DNA of 32,000 nucleotides. Origin: Candidatus Nanoarchaeia archaeon. Its GTDB lineage: Archaea; Nanobdellota; Nanobdellia; Woesearchaeales; JANQNC01. The translations under genes were made by a program, and so were the position numbers. How positions within the stretch are numbered: position 1 is the first letter of the stretch; each line of letters opens with the position of its first letter. The notes under the pieces are model-generated. The model was not told the DNA's origin. It was given only the letters and a program-made list of their open reading frames with translations, and searched no databases. This document shows, one piece after another, positions 15,292-22,319 of this stretch. The DNA is taken from positions 720,001 to 752,000 of the forward strand of contig JANQNC010000001.1 of NCBI GenBank assembly GCA_028279745.1, written 5' to 3'.

Positions 15292-16143
15292 TTATTTCTT
15301 TTTAACTGTAAATATAGCAACTAAAGCGACAACAACCGCTAACAAAATAACCAAAGCAGAAGAACTAACTTCAGGTATGGTTTCACCCCCTTGGTTATCT
15401 GGATTATTGTATAAATCTAAAACTTCAGTCTCGGTTAAAGCTCTATCCCAAACTGCAACTTCATCTAGTAATCCATTATAATAATGCTGAGGAACGGGGC
15501 TGGCACCATCATATCTCGCACGACCCATCTCAAACACACCATAATTGGTATTGAAAGTATTTCCGCTAACAACCGTATATTTAGCACCATTAATGTAAAA
15601 ATCAATAGTCTGACCATCTGAATTAAGAACAACAGCAACATGATTCCATTCGTTGAAGTTTCCAACATAAGCAGAGCCTCCACCTGCGTCAAATCCATCA
15701 ACAACAATTCTAAAATCACCACTATCTGGATCGTTATGATCAATCAGAATGTCAAAAAGCTGATGAGTTGAAGCAGAACCCATACCTAGAATGCCGCCCC
15801 TATAGCTGTATATCCCTTTAAACTGCTCAAGCTGGTAATCAGGGTTAATCCAAAATGATATTGTTCTTTCAGCACTACCTGAAGGAAGATCTGTTGTAGT
15901 CATGGAAACGTAACCCGCATCAGTGCCGTCAAAACTAAATGCATTATCTACTTTTCCAGATACACCTCTTCCTACAACACCATTAACAGTTCCGTCATTA
16001 ACACCTTTTTGATCAATAACATCTCCTGATAACTGATCAAGCTGATAGTAGGATATTAACCCAGTGTCATGATCAAGAACGCCTGCGCTAACAAAAGCAG
16101 AACACAGAAAAATCATAAATGTAAACAAAGTTAGTCTCTTCAT
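15292..16143 (-). CDS. Secreted LamG/concanavalin-A-like lectin domain protein with a C-terminal TM anchor
   Basis: The signal peptide is MKRLTLFTFMIFLCSAFVSAG. The Laminin_G_3-type pattern is YYQLDQLSGDVIDQKGVNDGTVNG...GKVDNAFSFDG...TISFWI...WNHVAVVL...FYINGAKY...GLLDEVAVWDRALTETEVLDLYN. The C-terminus is ALVILLAVVVALVAIFTVKKK. I set the start to the ATG at 16143 because the longer ORF would overlap trmB. Confidence 0.75.
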   Translation of the reverse strand: MKRLTLFTFMIFLCSAFVSAGVLDHDTGLISYYQLDQLSGDVIDQKGVNDGTVNGVVGRGVSGKVDNAFSFDGTDAGYVSMTTTDLPSGSAERTISFWINPDYQLEQFKGIYSYRGGILGMGSASTHQLFDILIDHNDPDSGDFRIVVDGFDAGGGSAYVGNFNEWNHVAVVLNSDGQTIDFYINGAKYTVVSGNTFNTNYGVFEMGRARYDGASPVPQHYYNGLLDEVAVWDRALTETEVLDLYNNPDNQGGETIPEVSSSALVILLAVVVALVAIFTVKKK

Positions 16144-16230
16144 AAAACAGTTAATAGAGTTCCAGTTTAAAAAAGTTTCTAAAAACGCTAGAAAAACGAA
16201 GTTTTTTGTGGAAAAAATGTAAAAATTAAG

Positions 16231-16239
16231 AAAAAAAAA
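16231..16239 (-). terminator. Oligo-T tract downstream of trmB
   Basis: The plus strand has A9, which is T9 on the minus strand. It begins 9 nt past the trmB stop (16248-16250). Archaeal termination typically occurs at oligo-T runs. Confidence 0.4.
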
Positions 16240-16247
16240 GAAGAAAT

Positions 16248-17069
16248 CTATTTCTTCAATGCTGAACCAGCTGCTTTCATGTCTTTCCAAGCAAGGTCAA
16301 ACATGTCATTCATTGCAGATGCAAAGAATGGTGTGTTAACCCAGATTCCCACATCGTAGGTAGGGTGAACATCAGCGTCGTTCATAACCATAAAAGTTAG
16401 TTCTTTGCCGTCAACTAATGCAAATCTTGCATTCACGTTGTGAGCGTTTCTAACTTCCGCAAGTCCTGATAAAGACTTAACTGCACTGCCGCACTCTTTT
16501 GTTATAGGTGCAGCAATCCTAACCTTAACACCTTTTTTCTTAAGCTTTTCAAATACTGGCTTAAGTTGATCAGCTTTTCTGATGAAACCTTGTGTTGTGG
16601 TCATTATAGCAACTGCTTTTTGTGCGTTCTTAACTGTAAGCTCTAAGTGGTCGTATAGGTTTCTTCTTCCTCGGACACTTCCAGATAAATCTGAAGGATC
16701 AACTAACTCGATACCTTGTGTGTGCAGTAAGTTTAGCTCGTTAAGAACATCTGTCTTCTTTAGGTTATCAAGTCTTGATGTTTTCTCTTTTGCATCCTCA
16801 GCAACATTTTTCTTAACTCTCTCAACAACTTCTGTCGGAGGAACTGCAACATACTTGATAGGCTTCCCTAACTTCATCACAACAAAGCCTTTCTTTTCAA
16901 GACTTTCAAGAACGTCATAACTTCTACTTCTTGGAACTGTAGCAATATCTGACAATTCACCCGCAGTAGAAACTCCTCTGCTCAAAAGAGCAGCCCATAT
17001 TTTTACTTCGTATAGATTCAATCCAAAGGATTTCCTCAACTTACTCAAAAATTCATCTTTAACAATCAT
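16248..17069 (-). CDS. TrmB-family transcriptional regulator
   Basis: The N-terminal winged HTH is LYEVKIWAALLSRGVSTAGELSDIATVPRSRSYDVLESLEKKGFVV, followed by a TrmB-like C-terminal domain. The ATG at 17069 is preceded by GGTGA. A TTG at 17108 is an alternative start. Confidence 0.8.
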   Translation of the reverse strand: MIVKDEFLSKLRKSFGLNLYEVKIWAALLSRGVSTAGELSDIATVPRSRSYDVLESLEKKGFVVMKLGKPIKYVAVPPTEVVERVKKNVAEDAKEKTSRLDNLKKTDVLNELNLLHTQGIELVDPSDLSGSVRGRRNLYDHLELTVKNAQKAVAIMTTTQGFIRKADQLKPVFEKLKKKGVKVRIAAPITKECGSAVKSLSGLAEVRNAHNVNARFALVDGKELTFMVMNDADVHPTYDVGIWVNTPFFASAMNDMFDLAWKDMKAAGSALKK

Positions 17070-17295
17070 TTTTTCACCAACCCCCTTTTTTGTTAGGGAC
17101 AAAATCAATTTGCAAAACCTCTTTTACCCCTTTTGGATAACTATGAGATAGAACTAGTATATAAATGTTACTCTATGGTAAGGTCAAAATCGAACAAAAA
17201 AATTTACCGTCGATAAAATTGAAAAAAAGAGTGTTTTGAGGACTCCAGAATGACATAATTATATATGAAAAAGGTCGCTTAATTAAAAGAGAAAG

Positions 17296-17305
17296 ATATA
17301 AATAA
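17296..17305 (+). promoter_or_regulatory. Candidate TATA box for pta-ackA
   Basis: ATATAAATAA lies ~41 nt upstream of the ATG at 17341. The implied transcription start would exclude the ATG at 17314 and include the GAGGT SD at 17329-17333. Confidence 0.4.
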
Positions 17306-17340
17306 AGAAAAAAATGAAATGGGGGAAAGAGGTAATCATA

Positions 17341-18309
17341 ATGATAAAAGACAAACTAAAAGAAAAAGCAAAACTAAACCCAAAAACAATCGTTTATCCA
17401 GAAGCAACAGAAGAAAGGATACTGCAAGCAGTCTCAAAAATATTAGAAGAAAAAATAGCAAACGTAATCCTGTTAGGAAATGAAGAAGATATAAGAAACA
17501 AAGCAAACGAGATGGGGATTAATGTAGAGGAAGCAAAAATAGTCAATCCAGAAACAGACGAAAGAAAAGAACACTACATAGATTCATTGTATGAATTAAG
17601 AAAAGATAAACTAGTCAATAGAGATGAAGCAAAAGCAATACTAGAAAATTATAATTATTATGGAACTATGATGGTGAAAGAGGGTGATGCGGACGGCATG
17701 ATATCTGGAAGCACACACTCAACAGCAGACACGATAAGGCCTGCACTACAAATAATAAAAACAAAAGAAGGAACAAAAACAGCAAGCGGTGCAATGATAA
17801 TGGAGATAGAAGGAAAAGAGATGTTGTTTGCAGATGTAGCAGTAATACCTTCACCAACTTCTGAGCAACTAGCAGACATAGCTGCAGCAGCGGCAAAGAC
17901 AGCACAGATAATGGAGATGAAACCAAAGATTGCAATGCTAAGCTTCTCAACAAAAGGAAGCTCACAACACGAATCAGTAGAAAAAGTAAGAAAAGCAACA
18001 ATACTTGCAAAAGAAAAAGGACTTAGTGTGGATGGAGAGTTACAAGCGGATGCAGCAATAGTAAAAGAAGTTGCAGAGATGAAATGTTCAGGAGGAGATG
18101 TGTGTGGAGATGCAAACATACTAATATTCCCAGACCTAAACTCAGGCAACATAGGATACAAACTAGTTGAAAGACTTGCAAACTGTGAAGCAATAGGACC
18201 AATAATACAAGGGTTAGACAAACCAGTAAACGACTTATCAAGAGGTTGCAAAGTAGAAGACATAATAGACTTAACAGCATACACAGTTGTTGAGGCACAA
18301 GAAAGATGA
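17341..18309 (+). CDS. pta: Phosphate acetyltransferase (short-form Pta)
   Basis: The protein contains IVYPEATEERILQA..., GDADGMISGSTHSTADTIRPALQII, FADVAVIPSPTSEQLADIA, NILIFPDLNSGNIGYKLVERL and GPIIQGLDKPVNDLSRGC, which are PTA_PTB family signatures. GAGGT lies 7 nt upstream of the ATG at 17341. There is an ATGA overlap with ackA. Confidence 0.85.
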   Translation: MIKDKLKEKAKLNPKTIVYPEATEERILQAVSKILEEKIANVILLGNEEDIRNKANEMGINVEEAKIVNPETDERKEHYIDSLYELRKDKLVNRDEAKAILENYNYYGTMMVKEGDADGMISGSTHSTADTIRPALQIIKTKEGTKTASGAMIMEIEGKEMLFADVAVIPSPTSEQLADIAAAAAKTAQIMEMKPKIAMLSFSTKGSSQHESVEKVRKATILAKEKGLSVDGELQADAAIVKEVAEMKCSGGDVCGDANILIFPDLNSGNIGYKLVERLANCEAIGPIIQGLDKPVNDLSRGCKVEDIIDLTAYTVVEAQER

Positions 18310-19382
18310 ACATATTAGTCTTAAACGTAGGAAGTTCTTCAGTAAAGTACTCAGTCTTCAAAGATGAAAAAGAAATCTTAGAAGGGCTTGTAGATAAGAT
18401 AGGTGAAAAAACCGGAGAATTCAAAGATCATGAAAGCGTTATTGAACATATCGAGAAGGAGTTAGTTAGCAAAAATATTTCTATTGATGTTATAGGACAT
18501 AGAGTAGTACACGGGGGAAAAGAGAAGGAAAGCAAAGTAGTAGATAACGAATTCCTAAAAGAAATAGAAAAATATTCAGACTTGGCACCATTACACAACC
18601 CTCACGAAATAAACGGAATAAAAATATCAAAAAAATTAGGAGCGTTACAAGTTGCAGTATTTGATACCGCATTCCATTCAACCATTCCTTCAAAAGCATC
18701 GACTTACGCTTTACCAAACTCATTATGTAAAAAATATGGAATCAAAAGATATGGGTTTCATGGAATAAGTCATAGTTATATTGCATCAGTTACAGAAGGT
18801 AAAGTAATCTCATGTCATTTAGGGAGCGGATCAAGTGTTTGTGCGATCATCAACGGAAAAAGTGTAGATACCTCAATGGGATTCACACCCGCAGAAGGAT
18901 TAGTCATGGGAACCAGAGCTGGAAGCATAGACCCAGGAATAATACCTTTCTTAATCGAGAAAGAGGAGTACAGTTGGCAACAGATAGAACATGTGTTGAA
19001 TGAGGAATCAGGTTTGAAGGGATTAAGTGGAAAGAATGATTTAAGAGAGTTGTTAACAGATGACTCAAAAGAAGGGAAACTGGCAGTTGACATATTTGTT
19101 TATTCGATTGTGAAACACATCGGAAGTTACGCAGCTGCAATGAATGGCGTAGATGAAATAGTTTTTACTGCAGGCATTGGAGAAAACAGTTCTGAAATTA
19201 GAAAAAGAGTGTGTAATAGTTTAAGTTATCTGGGAGTTATTGTCGATGATGAAAGAAATACTGAGGGTGATATGCTAATAAGTTCTGACAATTCTAAAGT
19301 TAAAGTCAAAGTGATAAAAACAAACGAAGAACTGATGATAGCAAAAGAGGTAAAAAAAGCAGTGACTAAATCTCATATCTAA
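18306..19382 (+). CDS. ackA: Acetate kinase (compact, 358 aa)
   Basis: The protein contains ILVLNVGSSSVKYSVF, GHRVVHGG, LAPLHNP, VFDTAFH, YGFHGISH, CHLGSGSSVCAI, SMGFTPAEGLVMGTRAGSIDPG, FTAGIGENS and KTNEELMIA. Every canonical acetate/propionate kinase motif I can recall is present. Confidence 0.9.
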   Translation: MNILVLNVGSSSVKYSVFKDEKEILEGLVDKIGEKTGEFKDHESVIEHIEKELVSKNISIDVIGHRVVHGGKEKESKVVDNEFLKEIEKYSDLAPLHNPHEINGIKISKKLGALQVAVFDTAFHSTIPSKASTYALPNSLCKKYGIKRYGFHGISHSYIASVTEGKVISCHLGSGSSVCAIINGKSVDTSMGFTPAEGLVMGTRAGSIDPGIIPFLIEKEEYSWQQIEHVLNEESGLKGLSGKNDLRELLTDDSKEGKLAVDIFVYSIVKHIGSYAAAMNGVDEIVFTAGIGENSSEIRKRVCNSLSYLGVIVDDERNTEGDMLISSDNSKVKVKVIKTNEELMIAKEVKKAVTKSHI

Positions 19383-20406
19383 GTATGGAAGCAATACCTC
19401 CCAAACCATCTAACTTCTTACCTGCATCATGATCAGAACTAATAACGTGAACTTCTGCTTTAAGAGAATCTGCCAGCTTCATCAAGTTGTCTGTTTCTTC
19501 ATAGTTATGATCTTCAGATCGTATATAGTTATCAGTGACTAACAAAGTTTTGACAGCACCTGCCTCTATTGACTTCTTTACTTCATCTAAACCATAAGCT
19601 GCAAGCTTGCCTTTAGAAATTTCTGTTAATAATTGCTCAACAACAATAGTCTCTTTGGCAATCCGATCTTCCTTCAGGAGAGTTTTAACTTCATCTCTTT
19701 TTAAGACTTCATCCACACCTTTTCTTCCGGAATCATTACAGGTAGCATAAAATATTTTTTTAGGAAAATCGTCAGGAACTTTTTTCTTAAATTCTTCCTT
19801 CCAAAAACCAGGACTTGCAACAAGAACGCTGTTAACTTCGTACCTATTTAGGTAATCTTGTAGAAGTTTAACAGTTTCAGCAAAAAAATCACCTTTGATT
19901 ACAGAATCATCACCTTTTTTCTGAACATCGCCCCTAGTTTCAAGCAAGATATCATAACCTGAACTTTTTAGAAGTGCGAAAGTTGCAACGTCACGATCCA
20001 GTATGAGAATTAATGTGTTAGATTTTTGTTTACAAGCTTCATCAAGTTTGTCTAACTGGTACTTAAGCCACTTTTCCTTCGTTATTTTTATTTGTGTGTT
20101 TTCTTCAACATTGAATGAATGGTGTGAGCCAGAAGGAACATCTTCAGGACCTTCTCTAACAACACCCAGAATTTTTAGAACATTTGAAGATTTAGTAAAA
20201 TCAACCTTTTCAACCTCAATTGTGATAAAAACGGGTTTACGAACAACCTTTGCATTTTCAGAATCACCAATCTTTACCTTCCTCATAGTCTTACCACTAA
20301 CTAAATCTTTAGGTTCGACAATGTGAGAAAGGTACCACAAGTCATCTAAGCTTTCAGTAGTAAGCTTAACTTCGCCTTTCTTCAAATCTTTATGAGTTAC
20401 TTTCAT
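19366..20406 (-). CDS. pelA: Pelota / aDom34 mRNA surveillance factor
   Basis: The protein starts MKVTHKDLKKGEVKLTTESLDDLWYLSHIVEPKDLVSG (Pelota N-domain). Its eRF1-like central and C domains follow (ATFALL..., VASPGFWKEEF, AVKTLLVTD). At 346 aa it has the expected size. The ORF-track extension to 20865 is antisense to the PIN gene and was rejected. Confidence 0.85.
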   Translation of the reverse strand: MKVTHKDLKKGEVKLTTESLDDLWYLSHIVEPKDLVSGKTMRKVKIGDSENAKVVRKPVFITIEVEKVDFTKSSNVLKILGVVREGPEDVPSGSHHSFNVEENTQIKITKEKWLKYQLDKLDEACKQKSNTLILILDRDVATFALLKSSGYDILLETRGDVQKKGDDSVIKGDFFAETVKLLQDYLNRYEVNSVLVASPGFWKEEFKKKVPDDFPKKIFYATCNDSGRKGVDEVLKRDEVKTLLKEDRIAKETIVVEQLLTEISKGKLAAYGLDEVKKSIEAGAVKTLLVTDNYIRSEDHNYEETDNLMKLADSLKAEVHVISSDHDAGKKLDGLGGIASILRYEI

Positions 20407-20428
20407 GATAGTTAGTTTAGGGTTGAGG

Positions 20429-20436
20429 TATAAAAA
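20429..20436. promoter_or_regulatory. Candidate shared or bidirectional TATA element between pelota (minus) and the PIN gene (plus)
   Basis: The plus strand reads TATAAAAA and the minus strand TTTTTATA. The centre is ~26 nt upstream of the pelota ATG at 20406 (leaderless) and ~57 nt upstream of the PIN ATG at 20489. Confidence 0.4.
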
Positions 20437-20488
20437 GGTAGTGGAAAATGGGGAAACAAATAAAAAGGACAGAAAGAATTCACATAAT

Positions 20489-20938
20489 ATGAAAGAGTTA
20501 TTAGATTCTTTAGAGAGAGTTAACAGTGTTGACAAATTATTTGACACCTGCTTTATCCTATATGAAATAGAACACAACAAAGGAAACAAGCTGGAAGGGG
20601 GCATGACAAGCTTTACAGCACAAGAACTGATACATGTAATGCACAAAGTAAAACCAGAACTAAAGCTAAAAGCAAGACACTTCTTAAAAAAATGCAACCT
20701 CAAAATTATTGAGATAAATGTTAATCCTGGAAATGCTGAACAAGAAAGAAACTTCACAGAAACAGTAGACAATGAGCTATTAAAAGAGGTTAGAGATCCT
20801 TCAGATGCAGTGTTAATAGCAACAGCAATACAAAAAAAGATAGATAAAATATATACAAGGGACAAACACCACTTATATACAACAGAGCTAGAAAATTATC
20901 TTCAAAAATATGGGATTACAGTATATAATACAATATAA
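20489..20938 (+). CDS. PIN-domain protein (putative ribonuclease), solitary
   Basis: The acidic residues have PIN-like spacing: LFDTCFILYEIE ... DPSDAVLIATAIQKKIDKIYTRDKH. I placed the start at the first ATG downstream of the predicted TATA box, but it is uncertain. Confidence 0.6.
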   Translation: MKELLDSLERVNSVDKLFDTCFILYEIEHNKGNKLEGGMTSFTAQELIHVMHKVKPELKLKARHFLKKCNLKIIEINVNPGNAEQERNFTETVDNELLKEVRDPSDAVLIATAIQKKIDKIYTRDKHHLYTTELENYLQKYGITVYNTI

Positions 20939-20955
20939 TAGTATTAGTAAAAACA

Positions 20956-20963
20956 TTTATAAA
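20956..20963 (+). promoter_or_regulatory. TATA box for the surface-protein cluster
   Basis: TTTATAAA lies ~39 nt upstream of the ATG at 20999. AGGTGA at 20989-20994 sits 4 nt before the ATG. Confidence 0.45.
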
Positions 20964-20998
20964 GAGAAAACTCAATAAAAGTACTCAAAGGTGACAAT

Positions 20999-22198
20999 AT
21001 GAGAAGAAAAGGACAATCTGGGACAGGCACTGCAACATTAATCACAATAATAGCTGCATTAATCATATTATATATATTATTCATACCGCCAGCAGAACGA
21101 GCAAAACTTCTGGGAGATGACAACGAAACAGTAACCGAAAAAGACAAAGACACAGCAAAAAAAACAGAAGAGCTTGAAAACGAAACCTTGTTGCTTGAAT
21201 ATCCTGGAAGCATAACCTATCAACAATCATCAAGAAAAGAGTATGCTGATTTTCCAACAGTCTACCTGTCTAGCCAGACAACATCTGGAGTTATAGGAGA
21301 AGCAAATGCAATATTCGTAGAAAGAAACATATTCAAAGAAAAAACAGAAAGTGTTAGGTTTGACATAGAAAACACAGAAGAAGTAGACAGCATATTTGTA
21401 AGCTTCAAAGCAAAAGAAAGAGATGGGATACTAGTTCTGAAAGTGAATGGACAGACATTCTACGAAAACAGACTAAGAACAACCGCAGTTAACCCGATCA
21501 ACATACCAAAAACTGAACTAGTCAATGGAGAAAATGTATTGGAGATAACAACAAACCACCCAGGATTACTGTTTTGGGATTCTAACAGATACATACTAGA
21601 AAACGTACAAGTAATCACAGACGTGAAACAACTGGGAAATCTAGAAGCAGAAGTAAGCTTCTATGTTGGTGAGGAGAACAGCAACGTAAAAGATGCAAGA
21701 GTAAGCTTCTTCCCAGACTGTCAAACAGGAACAATAGGCAAACTAAACATCGAGATAAACAACAAATTGCTGTACTCAGCACTACCTGATTGCGGAATGG
21801 CAAAACCGATAAGTTTTGATCCAACATACATAAGACAAGGACAAAACAACATAAAATTCACAACAAGCAAAGGACTGTATGTTTTGGATAGCATGAGAGT
21901 AGAAACAACATTAAAAGAACAACTAAACCCAACATACTACTTCAAAATAAGCTCTGACTTAGCTGAAGACATAGAAGGAAACTATTATGATGCAATATTA
22001 ACACTTAACTTCGCAGATGACGATGAACTAAAAGTGGCAGACATAGTAGTTAATGGTGACTATTTCCCAATAAGCCAAAGAGACTCAAAATACGAGGAAG
22101 ACATCTCTAACTATCTACAACAAGGCAATAACGCAATAAAGATAATCCCTGAAAGCAACATGGACATTATCGACATAAGAGTAGAACTAGAGGAATAA
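20999..22198 (+). CDS. Surface protein with an archaeal class III (type IV pilin-like) signal peptide and three tandem ~90 aa beta-rich repeats
   Basis: The N-terminus MRRKGQSGTGTATLITIIAALIILYILFIPP has basic residues, KG|Q and a hydrophobic helix, matching the archaeal prepilin peptidase motif. Three internal repeats share the pattern xVNGxxF...(Q/N)GxNxIxI...IxxIxVE (aa ~116-207, 216-303, 311-398). A TATA box and AGGTGA lie upstream. Confidence 0.7.
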   Translation: MRRKGQSGTGTATLITIIAALIILYILFIPPAERAKLLGDDNETVTEKDKDTAKKTEELENETLLLEYPGSITYQQSSRKEYADFPTVYLSSQTTSGVIGEANAIFVERNIFKEKTESVRFDIENTEEVDSIFVSFKAKERDGILVLKVNGQTFYENRLRTTAVNPINIPKTELVNGENVLEITTNHPGLLFWDSNRYILENVQVITDVKQLGNLEAEVSFYVGEENSNVKDARVSFFPDCQTGTIGKLNIEINNKLLYSALPDCGMAKPISFDPTYIRQGQNNIKFTTSKGLYVLDSMRVETTLKEQLNPTYYFKISSDLAEDIEGNYYDAILTLNFADDDELKVADIVVNGDYFPISQRDSKYEEDISNYLQQGNNAIKIIPESNMDIIDIRVELEE

Positions 22199-22319
22199 GT
22201 TGCTGACACACTACTTAAAAAAAGAGAGGTAGACGAAAAATGAAGTTTTTCGAACCTCTAAGAATAGAGGTGTTCTGAAAATAGCAGTAGATCAAGACGT
22301 CTTAGAAAAAGAGAACAAA

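Noticed and set aside
16144-16290. An upstream extension of the LamG ORF (MERHESSWFSIEEIDFFFFF...).
   Set aside because: It overlaps the trmB 3' end and its oligo-T terminator. The internal ATG at 16143 gives a textbook signal peptide (MKRLTLFTFMIFLCSAFVSAG).
20407-20865. An N-terminal 153-codon extension of the Pelota ORF; the ORF track gives 19366-20865.
   Set aside because: Pelota homology starts exactly at MKVTHKDL (the ATG at 20406), and 346 aa is the expected length. The extension is hydrophobic low-complexity sequence antisense to the PIN gene and would run through the predicted TATA element.
20405-20938. A classical VapBC toxin-antitoxin locus.
   Set aside because: Only the PIN (VapC-like) gene is present. 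The 84 nt upstream of the chosen start encode no plausible DNA-binding antitoxin, and no small ORF precedes or follows it.
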